Positions 8,866 through 19,569 of a DNA stretch of 64,000 nucleotides are shown here, piece by piece. Every line of letters begins with the position of its first letter. Within the stretch, counting starts at the first letter, position 1. Both the position numbers and the translations under genes were made by a program. The notes under the pieces are model-generated. The model searched no databases. It was not told the DNA's origin and was given only the letters and a program-made list of their open reading frames with translations. Source of the stretch: an uncultured Gemmatimonadaceae bacterium (lineage in GTDB: Bacteria > Gemmatimonadota > Gemmatimonadetes > Gemmatimonadales > Gemmatimonadaceae); assembly GCA_963740355.1 (NCBI GenBank), contig CAVUDW010000002.1:608001-672000 (forward strand), in the 5' to 3' direction.

Positions 8866-10005
8866 ATGAACGTCTGGCTGTGGGTGATCGCGATAGCGTT
8901 CGGGGTCCTGTGCTGGACCTGGCTGTTATTCCCGGCGTTGGTCTGGCTTTTGTCGCGACTCGTGCGACCGGTCGACGCGAGGCCGCCTTCCACGCTGCCG
9001 ACCGTGACTGCCGTACTCGCGACTCGCGATGACATCGACACGATCGTGGCGCGGGTCGAGGATTTTTTCCGTACGGCCTATCCGCTCGACTTGGTGGATG
9101 TCGTCGTTGGTGTCGATGCGGCGACGCCGGCGCTGCTGGCGGCGATCCAGGCGGCGTGCGGCGCGCGCCCCGTGACGGTGGTCGCCTCTGATGCGGCTGG
9201 CGGCAAGGCGGCTGGGCTGAATGCTGCCGTACGGCATGCGTCGGGTGACCTGCTCGTCTTCAGCGATGCGCAGCAGCGGTTTGCCCCAGACGCGATCAGC
9301 GTGATGGTTGCGCGACTCTGCACCGATGCCCGATTGGCAGCGGTCGGCGGGGCGCTGCAGCTGCCTGGTGATCGTCCTGATGCGGTGGGCCGCTCGCCGG
9401 TCGAATGGTACTGGCGGTTGGAGCGGCAGCTGCGGGCAGCTGAGGCTCGGTTGCATTCCACGGTGGGATTGAGCGGGTCGATCTATGCGATGTGGCGCCG
9501 CGACTGGCTGCCGATGCCCGACCAGCTGATCCTCGACGACGTGTGGTTGCCGATGCGTCTGGTGCTGGCTGGTCGTCGTATTGGGTATGAGCTTGCTGCC
9601 AAGGCCTGGGATGCCCGCAGCACCACCGCTGCCCAGGAAAAGGTTCGCAAGGTGCGCACGCTGACGGGAAATTTTCAGCTGATCGCGTGGTTGCCGGCAC
9701 TGTTGGTGCCGTTTCGCAATCCGATCTGGCTGCAGTTCGTGAGTCACAAGGTGCTGCGGCTGTTCACGCCGTGGCTGGTATTGGCGTGTGCGGTCGGGGG
9801 GGCTGGCGCGGTCTGGTCGCTGGTGCCGGCGTCGTTGCTGCCGGCGCTGCTGATTGCGACGGCGGCGGCGATGACAGCCGTGCTGCTGACGCCGAAGACG
9901 CGTGGTGTTGCCGTGCGTGCGGCAGGGTGGGGCTGGTCGCTGCAGACGGCGGTGGTCGAGGCGACGATGAACGGGTTGCGGGGGCGGTGGAATGTCTGGC
10001 GCTAA
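8866..10005 (+). CDS. Membrane-anchored GT2 glycosyltransferase
   Basis: GGKAAGLN, VFSDA, SGSIYAM, ILDD, RKVRTLTGNFQ; N- and C-terminal TM segments. Confidence 0.88.
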   Translation: MNVWLWVIAIAFGVLCWTWLLFPALVWLLSRLVRPVDARPPSTLPTVTAVLATRDDIDTIVARVEDFFRTAYPLDLVDVVVGVDAATPALLAAIQAACGARPVTVVASDAAGGKAAGLNAAVRHASGDLLVFSDAQQRFAPDAISVMVARLCTDARLAAVGGALQLPGDRPDAVGRSPVEWYWRLERQLRAAEARLHSTVGLSGSIYAMWRRDWLPMPDQLILDDVWLPMRLVLAGRRIGYELAAKAWDARSTTAAQEKVRKVRTLTGNFQLIAWLPALLVPFRNPIWLQFVSHKVLRLFTPWLVLACAVGGAGAVWSLVPASLLPALLIATAAAMTAVLLTPKTRGVAVRAAGWGWSLQTAVVEATMNGLRGRWNVWR

Positions 10006-11518
10006 GCCTTCGGCGCTGCTCGATCCATCGGTCGAGCCCGAACTCGTCGTAGACGAATCGCCTGGTCAGTCGGCCGGCAGTGCGGAGCACAATCGTGCCA
10101 TCACCAGCGGTGTAATGTGGCAGGGCGCTTTGCGTTGGCTGTCGCAAGGCGTGAGTTGGACGGCGACCGTCGTAATTGCGCGGCGGCTTTCTGCTGAGGA
10201 CTACGGCATTGCTGGAACGGCTACAGTGCTTGTTGGCCTTCTTTCATTGGTAACAGACGGAGGTTTGGGCCGGGCTCTAGTGATGCGCCGGAATCGGGAT
10301 GATGTCGTTACGCAGCAGGCGTATGGGGGGGCGATCCTGACAGGATTCGCAGCCGCTCTCGCAATGATTCTTGCCGCGTATCCGTTGTCTAGGTTCTATG
10401 CGGAGCCGCGTGTGATGTCCGTGATCGCCGTTCTTTCGGTGGCGCTTGTCTTCAGTGCAGTCAATGCGGTTCCCCTCGCAGTCCTTCAGCAGCAGTTGCA
10501 ATACAAGCAACTGGCCACGATCGAGTTCGGGAGAGCGATCGTTCAGGCGACCACCGTGTTGGTGGGTGCACTCCTCGGCCTACGATACTGGTCACTGGCG
10601 CTTGGGCTGATCGCGGGACATCTCGCCGCGATGCTGCTGGCCCGGCGCTACATAGTCCTGCGCGCGCGTCGGCCTGATCGCGCCACTCTCGGACCAACTA
10701 TTGACTACGCTCGTCAGCTCGTCGTGAGCTCCCTCGCCTGGTATATGTACTCAAGCGCTGACTTCGCCGTTGTTGGCCGCGTCGCTGGGCTTTCTGCACT
10801 TGGCTACTATCAATTTGCATGGAACGTGGCTCAGTTGCCGGGCGAGAAGCTGGCCAACGTGCTGCAATCGGTTGTCGGACCTTTCTTCGGTGCGATAGGC
10901 GATGATAAGAGAGCACTTCGACACTACTTTCTGGTGCTCTCGGAGCTACTCGTCTCCATCATGCTCCCTGTATTGTGTGGATTTGCGTTGGTGAGCCCGG
11001 TGGCAGTGCCACTGATCTTTGGCGCAAAGTGGTTGCCGTCTGTCTCAGTGATGCAGATTCTCGTCATGTGTTCGGCGATCAGCAGCGTGTCTATGTTGAG
11101 TCAACATGTGCTTGGTGCTACAGGGCAGGCAAGAATCACAACGCGGCTCAATATTGGTGCGCTCTTCATTATGCCCATTGGCTTTTACCTAGCCGCGCGC
11201 TACTTCGGGACGTTCGCTGTGGCCTGCGTCTGGCTGTTCGCGCAACCGATACTGATGGGAGTGCCGCTGCTCAGGATGAAGGAGACAATTGACTTGTCGG
11301 TGCCCCAGTACCTGAAGGGTCTCCGCGCTCCGGCGGTATGTGCAGCCATCATGGCTGCGGTCGTTCTCGGCGTAGAATACTTGCTCCGCGATCTGGTCCC
11401 AATCGTGCAGTTGGTCGCAATGAGTCTGGCCGGCGCCATTACGTATGCGGTGGCATTTTACGTGCTCTTCCGTGATAGAGTTCACGCCATTCAGTCGCTT
11501 TGGCGCAACCGGACTTAG
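9992..11518 (+). CDS. wzx: Wzx-type polysaccharide flippase (WzxC-like)
   Basis: IARRLSAEDYG, about 12 TM segments, ALGYYQFAWN, IFGAKW. Confidence 0.88.
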   Translation: MSGAKPSALLDPSVEPELVVDESPGQSAGSAEHNRAITSGVMWQGALRWLSQGVSWTATVVIARRLSAEDYGIAGTATVLVGLLSLVTDGGLGRALVMRRNRDDVVTQQAYGGAILTGFAAALAMILAAYPLSRFYAEPRVMSVIAVLSVALVFSAVNAVPLAVLQQQLQYKQLATIEFGRAIVQATTVLVGALLGLRYWSLALGLIAGHLAAMLLARRYIVLRARRPDRATLGPTIDYARQLVVSSLAWYMYSSADFAVVGRVAGLSALGYYQFAWNVAQLPGEKLANVLQSVVGPFFGAIGDDKRALRHYFLVLSELLVSIMLPVLCGFALVSPVAVPLIFGAKWLPSVSVMQILVMCSAISSVSMLSQHVLGATGQARITTRLNIGALFIMPIGFYLAARYFGTFAVACVWLFAQPILMGVPLLRMKETIDLSVPQYLKGLRAPAVCAAIMAAVVLGVEYLLRDLVPIVQLVAMSLAGAITYAVAFYVLFRDRVHAIQSLWRNRT

Positions 11519-11600
11519 CGAGCCCGTCTTCAAGCGCTTCGGCCTCAGTCGCGTATGATCGATCGAGGCGCGTTGATCGTATTTCACTTCAACGAGACCG

Positions 11601-12548
11601 ATGACGACGGAATACTGTGTAGTCATACCCGCGCACAACGCTCAAGCATTCTTGCCGGCAACACTGGCTTCAGTTATGAGCCAGACTATACCGCCAAGCG
11701 AAATTATGGTCGTGGATGATGGTTCGAGCGATCTGACCGCCGAAGTTGCGCGGAAGTTTGGTGCAACGGTGATCTCACGGACAGATGCCGGGGGGCCTTC
11801 GGTGTCCCGGAATTTGGGTGTCGCGAACACCGTGTCGCCTGTAGTCGCCTTTATTGACGCAGACGATGAGTGGCTTCCGGATCACGCTGAGCGACTACTT
11901 GCAGCGCTGGGTTTGGTCGGCGTGGCCTTTGCCGGCAGCGACGCCAGTCTTTTTGGGCTTGAGAGTGGCTCGATTACCGCGACACTGCCAAGCGGCGCGG
12001 CAATCGATCTCCGGGATCACCTTCTTGCCAGCAATCCAGTCATCCAATCCGCAGTGATGATTCGTCGCGAAGCCTTTCTGACCTCGGGTGGCTATGATGA
12101 GACAATGCGTCTCTCGGAAGACTACGATCTGTGGACCCGCGTCGCGGAGGTTGGATCATTTTCGCATGTCGGCGTGCCAACGGTTCGTCGACGGATTCAT
12201 CGCGATCAGGCAACTGGTCGGTTTCGACCGGAGCTCGTGCGTGCTTGGTGGCTTGTTCGGAGGCGAGCTGTAGCCCGGAGGCTGAAGACTGCTGGCGAAC
12301 TGGAGAAGCTCAGGGTTCTCCAAATTCTGAAGTCTGCAGGTGCCGCCGATGTTGAATGGGCAGTGTGGACAGGTGACAGCGCCATGCTCACGCTTGTTCG
12401 TGAGGAGCTCAAGCAAGCGGACGCCGACCTTGGACTCGGCGCGACTCTTGGTGCGATCGGGGGTGAGGGAGTGCCGGCGCGGAGACTAGCACAGGACGTG
12501 CGGTGCGGCAGCCGGTCGCTTCTGCAAAAATTGCAGGGAGAGCGATGA
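11601..12548 (+). CDS. GT2 glycosyltransferase
   Basis: VVIPAHN, VVDDGSSD, SRNLG, FIDADD, SEDYDLW. Confidence 0.9.
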   Translation: MTTEYCVVIPAHNAQAFLPATLASVMSQTIPPSEIMVVDDGSSDLTAEVARKFGATVISRTDAGGPSVSRNLGVANTVSPVVAFIDADDEWLPDHAERLLAALGLVGVAFAGSDASLFGLESGSITATLPSGAAIDLRDHLLASNPVIQSAVMIRREAFLTSGGYDETMRLSEDYDLWTRVAEVGSFSHVGVPTVRRRIHRDQATGRFRPELVRAWWLVRRRAVARRLKTAGELEKLRVLQILKSAGAADVEWAVWTGDSAMLTLVREELKQADADLGLGATLGAIGGEGVPARRLAQDVRCGSRSLLQKLQGER

Positions 12549-13648
12549 GTTCGACGAAGACGAGAGTCTTGATCGTCGGGCCGTCCTTACGCTACCTGGG
12601 TGGTCAAGCAGTACAGGCTCAGCGTTTGCTGAAAGGCCTCATGGAAATGTCCGAGCTCTCGGTCCAGTATCTCATAGTCGATCCCGTACTTCCAAGCCCG
12701 TTCGCGTCGCTCCAACGCCTGCCAGTGCTGCGCACGCTCGTGACGAGTGCGGCCTACGTCGGGCGGCTTTTGCGCACCATAGGAAGTGCGGACACGATCC
12801 ATATTTTTTCGGCATCATACTGGAGTTTCCTTATCGCGCCGGCGCCAGCGCTCGTGCTCGGCCGAATATTTAAGAAACGGGTGGTGTTGAACTACCACAG
12901 CGGAGAAGCAGACGACCACCTTCGTCGCTGGGGTTGGCACGCAAAACCCCTGATGCGCCTCGCGGACGCGATTGTCGTTCCGACGGATTACCTCGTAGAG
13001 GTCTTTCGAAAGCATGGAATCACCGCAAGCGCAATAGCGAATCATGTTGAGGCAGGCGCGTTGACGTACCGCGCACGAACATCGATTTCACCCCGAATTC
13101 TCAGCAATAGGAATTTTGAGCTGCACTACAACGTTGCCGCGGTTCTCGAGGCTTTCCGAATCGTACAGCGACAGTATACGGAGGCGGAGCTTATTGTTGT
13201 CGGCAATGGATCATTGCGCGAGGAACTGCAGGCACTCGCCAAAAAGCTCGAGCTGAGCAATGTCACATTTACCGGGCCGGTGAAGCCCGAGACGATGGCT
13301 CGATACTATGATGATGCGGACGTTTTCGTTAATGCGTCGCTCATTGACAACATGCCATTGTCAATCCTTGAGGCATACTGCGCCGGCCTCCCCGTGGTAA
13401 CATCAGATGCGGGTGGTATTCCGTGGATTGCGAAGGACGGTGTGACCGCGCTTGTAGTGCCTGCTGGGGATGTGACTGCCTTAGCGGCCGGAATGATTGC
13501 GGTGTTGAAGTCTCCAGACGCCGCAATTCAACGGGCTGCACGGGCAAATGAGTATGTGAACACCGACTTCGCATGGTCCAGAGTGAAAGGCGCGTGGGCG
13601 GACGTGTATGGCGCTAGCCAAACGCCAGCTCGATCGGGCCCAATTTGA
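12545..13648 (+). CDS. GT4 glycosyltransferase
   Basis: GGQAVQ, LNYHSGE, DNMPLSILEAYCAGLPVV. Confidence 0.9.
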   Translation: MSSTKTRVLIVGPSLRYLGGQAVQAQRLLKGLMEMSELSVQYLIVDPVLPSPFASLQRLPVLRTLVTSAAYVGRLLRTIGSADTIHIFSASYWSFLIAPAPALVLGRIFKKRVVLNYHSGEADDHLRRWGWHAKPLMRLADAIVVPTDYLVEVFRKHGITASAIANHVEAGALTYRARTSISPRILSNRNFELHYNVAAVLEAFRIVQRQYTEAELIVVGNGSLREELQALAKKLELSNVTFTGPVKPETMARYYDDADVFVNASLIDNMPLSILEAYCAGLPVVTSDAGGIPWIAKDGVTALVVPAGDVTALAAGMIAVLKSPDAAIQRAARANEYVNTDFAWSRVKGAWADVYGASQTPARSGPI

Positions 13649-14126
13649 ATTCGTCGGGCAAGCTTGCTCATCCTTCGAGCAATTGCAGGCCGACGCCGTC
13701 TGATCGTGTTCGACCAGAGATGACCGTTAGTTGCGAGGCGTCGATCGATGAGAAAGGCGGAAGCACTCGTGACGGGAGCCGTAGCAGCGCTTACTCTTGC
13801 AGCCTTCGCAAGATATTGAGACTGGCTGTCTCAGAGGTTGAGAAAAGCCGTTGTGACGAGACGGCGGCTGACAGCTTCCATTCGTTGATGAACATTTCGG
13901 CGGGCGCGATCCGAATAGACTGCCATTCTGTCTTTCAAGGCTTGACGATCCTGCTCCTTATGCTTGTGGAAGACTTTCGGGTTTTGAGCGGGCGAGGTAT
14001 TCGCAAATGCATAGCGTGGTTGTTGCGGCTTAGTAGGTCTATCTGTTCCCGCGCTGGTTTGGTAAGCAAGTCAGTCTTCCTGCCCTATCGTATGCCAGGG
14101 CAGGTAGATAGCCCTCTAAGTCGAGC

Positions 14127-16352
14127 GTGGTCTTGAAGAACAGGTTGAAAGGACGAACCGGTGCCGAGCTGCGCGATAGACTTGTGCAACTTGCGCGTGC
14201 CATTGCCGAGCGCCGCGGCTTCATTCCTGCGGCCGTTCTGTCTGACGACGTCCGGCTTCAACCCTCGTCTCCCTGGGGGCAGGTAGATCGCGCAGCCGTG
14301 CAACTCAGGCTTTCTGCGGACGAGAAAGCAGTTCTCATCTCGGCCGCTTCCCAGACAGTAAACTTGGCGTTCAACCTCCTTGGCCTGACTGCACTCTCGT
14401 ATGCCTCCCCGGTGAATTGGCAACTGGACCCGATCTCAGGCCGCGAGGCCATCCTCGTCCACTGGAGCCGGGTCCCCTACCTCGATTACGACCGTGTTGG
14501 AGATCACAAAGTCACCTGGGAGCTCAATCGCCATCAGTGGTTGATTACTCTTGGGCAGGCGTGGTTACTCACAGGTGAATCGCGCTACGCAGCTACTGCC
14601 GCACGGCTTCTCCGCGAATGGCTCGACGCCAATCCGCCGAAGCTTGGTATCAACTGGTGTAGTTCCCTCGAACTGGCTTTCCGTGTACAGGCATGGATAC
14701 AAGGGCTACGCCTATTCGAGGGCGCGGCAGAGCTGACCGAGTCGCTAAAGCGAGATGTCGTGGCATCCGCTGCATTGCAGATTGAGCATATCGCCCGCAA
14801 TCTCTCGACGTGGTTCAGCCCGAACACGCATCTGACCGGAGAAGCGCTGGCACTACTCAGCGCTGGTTGCGCCTGGCCCGACCTACCGCACGCGGCGAAA
14901 TGGCGCTCGGTCGGCTGGCAGATCCTGTGCGATGAGCTGCGTAGACAGGTGAGAGCCGATGGCGTGTACTTCGAGCAGAGTGCATGGTATCAGGCCTACA
15001 CGCTTGATTTCTACACACTCGGGCTGACTTGGGCGCGACATGCAGAGCTCCCGATCCCCGTCGGTATGCCGAGCCAGATCCGTGCCATTGGCCGTGCACT
15101 GCGCGCCGTGACGCGACCAGACGGGACGATTGCTCGCCTCGGTGACGACGATGGCGGAAGAACGCTCCCACTCGTCGCTCTGGCTTTCGGAGACATGACG
15201 GACTGCCTCTGGCGCGCCGCCGTGGTGTTGGACGATGACTCCCTCGTACCGCCAACTGAAGCCGGACGCAGCGCCTTGCTCTGGCTCGAAGGCGCCGCCG
15301 TCTTTGACCGCATGGCGTTGAAAGATGCGAGTGAGCTCGCTCGCAATTCTGGCATCCTCGGCGACGGTGGCTGGATCACGCTCGCGGAGCGGGGGGACAT
15401 CCCTTCGCGCGATCACTGGCTCGTCTTTGACGCAGGTCCGCATGGCGCACTGACGCATGCCCACTCCCATGCCGACGCACTCGCGTTCGACCTGAGCGTG
15501 CATGGGATACCTCTGCTCGTCGATCCTGGCACGGGTGCCTACGTAGGTGAGATGCGGCGTCGGTACCGGAGCACCGCCGTCCACAATACGGTGACGGTGG
15601 ACGCTACCGATTCGTCTGAGCAAGGAAGCTCCTTCAACTGGCGAACGACGGCTTGCACCGAGGTGGAAGGGTTTCGGGCAACAGACGCAGCAAGCTTCGT
15701 TACGGCTTCGCACGATGGCTACCAGCGCCTTCCCGATCCTGTGCGGCACCGCCGCACCATTCTTCGTTTCGCCCGGCACTACTGGATCATGCTCGACGCA
15801 CTCGACGCCGCATCAGCGCACCATGTCTCGCTCACTTTTCAAAGTGCGCCTGGCGCGGTCGTAGATCGGAAGACGCCTCAAGTATTCAGCATCGAGAGCG
15901 AACACGCTCGACTGTTCGTTGCGCTCGACCCTCACCTTGAGGGTGCCATCGAGGAACGTATGGTTTCCCGTGCTTATGCATTGCAGGAGCCCGCGCACGC
16001 GGTGATTGCAACCGCGGGCGTCAACGCTCCGATCGTATTCTGCACGGCCTTTGGTGCGGATGACGAGTCTGGTGAGTTGCGAGTCGTGAAAGGGCCACTC
16101 TCCGCGAGTTGGCGAATCTCGCACGCGCGCGGCGAAGATCTAGTCGCGTCGCCCTTTGGCACCGCAGTCGTGCTTGGTCCAGCTCGCTTCGATGGTACAG
16201 TCCTCGCACTGCTGGGTGGCGAGAATCCTCACACGATCGTGGCGGCGGGTGCTGGAACCCTCCATCTTGCGAATCGTGTGTTTCAACTTGGAACAAACGA
16301 CATCTGCGTCGCGCGTTGCGCACCGGATGGGTCTTGGACGATGGAGTCCTGA
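14127..16352 (+). CDS. Heparinase II/III family (lyase-like) protein
   Basis: KVTWELNRHQW, NTHLTGE, DGVYFEQS, GDDDGG, HSHADAL, DPGT..Y, RSTAVHNTV. Confidence 0.9.
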   Translation: MVLKNRLKGRTGAELRDRLVQLARAIAERRGFIPAAVLSDDVRLQPSSPWGQVDRAAVQLRLSADEKAVLISAASQTVNLAFNLLGLTALSYASPVNWQLDPISGREAILVHWSRVPYLDYDRVGDHKVTWELNRHQWLITLGQAWLLTGESRYAATAARLLREWLDANPPKLGINWCSSLELAFRVQAWIQGLRLFEGAAELTESLKRDVVASAALQIEHIARNLSTWFSPNTHLTGEALALLSAGCAWPDLPHAAKWRSVGWQILCDELRRQVRADGVYFEQSAWYQAYTLDFYTLGLTWARHAELPIPVGMPSQIRAIGRALRAVTRPDGTIARLGDDDGGRTLPLVALAFGDMTDCLWRAAVVLDDDSLVPPTEAGRSALLWLEGAAVFDRMALKDASELARNSGILGDGGWITLAERGDIPSRDHWLVFDAGPHGALTHAHSHADALAFDLSVHGIPLLVDPGTGAYVGEMRRRYRSTAVHNTVTVDATDSSEQGSSFNWRTTACTEVEGFRATDAASFVTASHDGYQRLPDPVRHRRTILRFARHYWIMLDALDAASAHHVSLTFQSAPGAVVDRKTPQVFSIESEHARLFVALDPHLEGAIEERMVSRAYALQEPAHAVIATAGVNAPIVFCTAFGADDESGELRVVKGPLSASWRISHARGEDLVASPFGTAVVLGPARFDGTVLALLGGENPHTIVAAGAGTLHLANRVFQLGTNDICVARCAPDGSWTMES

Positions 16353-16355
16353 ACG

Positions 16356-18322
16356 ATGTGTGGTATCTGTGGCATTGCCATTCCTGAACGCCTGCAACGG
16401 CCAGTCGACCAATCGCGGCTGACGCGTATGCGCGATACGCTCGTGCATCGTGGGCCCGACGGTTCGGGCCTCTTCGTCGATGGCCCCATTGGCCTCGGGC
16501 ATCGTCGCTTGAGCATCGTCGATGTGGCGCATGGCGCACAGCCCATGACCACCGACGACGGGCGGAGCACCATCGTCTACAACGGCGAAGTGTTCAACCA
16601 TCCCCAACTGATGGCCGGACTGCAGTCGGAAGGGGTGCCATACCACACCCACTGCGACACCGAAACGGTCCTGCACCTGTACGCGCGCCACGGCCGAGAC
16701 TTCGTCAACCAGTGCCGCGGCATGTTCGCCATCGCAATCTGGGACCGCGCCGATCGCACGCTGACGCTTGCGCGCGACCGGTTCGGCGTGAAGCCGCTGT
16801 ACTACGTACATGCGGAGGATGGCACGCTCTTCTTTGCGTCGGAGATCAAGGCCCTCGTCGCCGCGGGCGCCGTGTCGCCCGGCCTGAACATGGCGGCTTT
16901 TCCTGATTTCCTCGCCAACCATGCACCGAGCGGGAACGACACGCTGTTCCACGGCGTCAAGCGGCTGCCACCTGGGCATACGCTGGTGTGGAGCGAGGGC
17001 ACGATCGAAATCAAGCAGTACTGGGACCTGTCTTTCGTTCCAGACGCGACGCTGGCACGCGCGAGCGACGCAGACCTCGTGGCGGAGTACAGCGCGCGCT
17101 TCGAAGAGGCGGTGCGCCTTCGCCTCATGGCCGACGTTCCGCTCGGCATGTTTCTCTCCGGTGGCATCGACTCAGCGGCAATCACCGCCGTGATGAGCGG
17201 CATGGTCGATGGACCGATCAAGACATTCTCGGTGGCCTTCGCGGAGCGCGAAGCAAACGAGTTGCGATACGCCAGAATCGTCTCGGAGCGCTATCGCACG
17301 GAGCACCACGAAATCGTCGTCACGCCTGAGCAATTCTGGGATGCACTGCCGACGCTGATCTGGCATGAGGATGAGCCGATTGCGCATCCGAGCTCCGTTG
17401 CACTCAACTTCGTGTCGCGGCTCGCCGCAGAACACGTCAAGGTCGTGCTCACTGGTGAAGGGAGTGACGAGACGTTGGCGGGCTACAATCGCTATCGCGT
17501 CACGGTGGCCAACATGCAGTTGGGAGGCATGTGGGAGAAGGTTGTGCCTGGCGCGGTCCGCCACGCACTGAGCGGCGCGATCGGGGATGTGGGCAGTGCC
17601 GGAGTCCGCGGAAAGTTGGCGCGGACGTTTCTGGCGCGTCCGGCCAACCTCGACGCGATGTACTTCGACAATTTCGCGGTCTTTGCCCCGAATCGGCTGT
17701 CATCGCTGCTCTCGCCGAAACGAGGGCGGCGGTCGCCGGCATCGATGCTTACGCAGCCTACCATGCCGCCATCGAGCACAGTGATGCCCCGACGCTGCTG
17801 GGGAAGTTGTTGTATGCCGACACCAAGACCTACCTGCACGAACTGCTGATGAAGCAGGACCAGATGAGCATGGCTGCCTCGATCGAAAGTCGTGTGCCGT
17901 TTCTCGATCATCCATTGGCGGAGTTTGCAGCGCGCATGCCGGAGCGCATGAAGCTGCGCGGGATGACCACCAAGTGGGTGCTGCGTCAGGCGATGAAGGA
18001 TCGACTGCCCGAGGAGATCCTTTCGCGCAAGAAAATGGGATTCCCCGTACCGGTCGGGAGCTGGTTCCGCGGTGCGTGGCGTCACCTGCTCGACGAATTC
18101 GTGGTCTCGGAACGCGCGCTCTCACGCGGGCTGTTCACGCCAGACGTCGTCCGTCGACTCGTCGCAGGCCACGTCGGTGGCGAGAACCACACCGAACGGT
18201 TGTGGGCCCTGCTCACTCTCGAGATCTGGCAACGCATCTTCATCGATGGCGAGGATCCTGCGTCCATCCGCATGCGACCCGAGTCCGTGACGGTCTCGAT
18301 GTCACGACCGGTCGCCGCCTGA
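16356..18322 (+). CDS. asnB: Asparagine synthase-like amidotransferase 1, split by a 1-nt frameshift near 17717
   Basis: MCGICG, HRGPD, RDRFGVKPLYY, LSGGIDS, GEGSDE; second frame continues LMKQDQMSMAASIESRVPFLD and RKKMGF. Confidence 0.9.
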
Positions 18323-18330
18323 ACCCCCGC

Positions 18331-19569
18331 ATGCACATTCTCTGGATCAAGACGGAACTGCTGCACCCGGTGGACAAGGGTGGCCGCATCCGGACCTACC
18401 AGATGCTCCGCGCACTGGCTCGCCAGCACGAAGTCACCTACCTCACGCTGGACGACGGGACGGCCGCACCCGACGCCGTCGCAAAGGCGACGGAGTACTG
18501 CGCGCGCGTGGAGATCGTCCCCTTTGCGCCGCCGGCGAAGGGGAGTCTCGGGTTCTACTCGGCGCTGGTGGGGAACCTCCTCTCGCCGTTGCCGTATGCA
18601 ATCGCTCGCTACGAGGTGCCGGCGCTGCGGGATCGGATCCGGCCGATCTGTGCCTCGCGCAAGGTGGACGTCGTGGTCTGCGACTTCCTCGCGCCGTCGA
18701 TCAACGTCCCGGATGACCTCGGCGTGCCGGTGGTGCTGTTCCAGCACAACGTCGAAGCGATGATCTGGGAGCGCCACGCGCAGGTGGCGACGCACCCGCT
18801 GAAGAAGGCCTACATGCAGGAGCAGTGGCGGCGGATGAAGCGGTTCGAGGCGGCGGAGTGCCGTCGTGTGAGCAGTGTGGTGGCCGTCTCGACCCAGGAT
18901 GCGGAAGTGTTCCGGCGCGACTACGGCGTGGCCGAGGTGCCTGACGTGCCCACGGGTGTCGATACCGACTACTTCGTGCGGCAGCCGGAGATTGCGCGTA
19001 CACCGGGATCGATGGTGTTCACCGGCTCGATGGACTGGATGCCGAACGAGGATGGCATCGCCTGGTTCGTCGAGTCCATCCTGCCGCGGATCCAGTCCGC
19101 CGTACCGGACGCGACACTCACCATCGTCGGGCGCAATCCCACGGCGAAGGTGAAGTCGCTGCACGCACCGGCTGCGGGTGTCACCGTGACCGGTTCGGTG
19201 CCGGACGTGCGTCCGTATCTCGCGTCGCATCAGCTCTTCATCGTGCCACTGCGCGTTGGTGGTGGCACTCGGCTCAAGATTTACGAAGGCATGACCATGG
19301 GGCTGCCGACCGTCTCCACGACCATCGGGGCCGAAGGATTGCCGGTGGTGCCTGGTGAGCACCTGATGCTGGCGGACGACCCCGAGTCGTTTGCGCGTGA
19401 GTGCATTGCGCTGCTGCGTGATCCTGTGCGGTCCGCGGCCATGGGTGACGCTGCCGACTCGTACGTCCGTCAGCAGTTCGGGTGGGATGGTGTGGCGCGT
19501 CGATTTGCCGAATTCTGTCAGGCCGTGATTCCCACCGCCTCGACGTCACTTACTGGAATGCAAGCATGA
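18331..19569 (+). CDS. GT4 glycosyltransferase, similar to exosortase-locus sugar transferases
   Basis: HPVDKGGRIRTY, QHNVE, FTGSMDWMPNEDG, PLRVGGGTRLKIYE. Confidence 0.88.
   Translation: MHILWIKTELLHPVDKGGRIRTYQMLRALARQHEVTYLTLDDGTAAPDAVAKATEYCARVEIVPFAPPAKGSLGFYSALVGNLLSPLPYAIARYEVPALRDRIRPICASRKVDVVVCDFLAPSINVPDDLGVPVVLFQHNVEAMIWERHAQVATHPLKKAYMQEQWRRMKRFEAAECRRVSSVVAVSTQDAEVFRRDYGVAEVPDVPTGVDTDYFVRQPEIARTPGSMVFTGSMDWMPNEDGIAWFVESILPRIQSAVPDATLTIVGRNPTAKVKSLHAPAAGVTVTGSVPDVRPYLASHQLFIVPLRVGGGTRLKIYEGMTMGLPTVSTTIGAEGLPVVPGEHLMLADDPESFARECIALLRDPVRSAAMGDAADSYVRQQFGWDGVARRFAEFCQAVIPTASTSLTGMQA

Noticed and set aside
13645..14136. 163-aa ORF as a real gene
   Set aside because: TTG start, no RBS, Ser/Arg/Cys-rich composition and no recognisable motif.
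17700..17730. Programmed ribosomal frameshift in asnB1
   Set aside because: No slippery heptamer or evident stimulator, and similar indels are scattered through unrelated genes.
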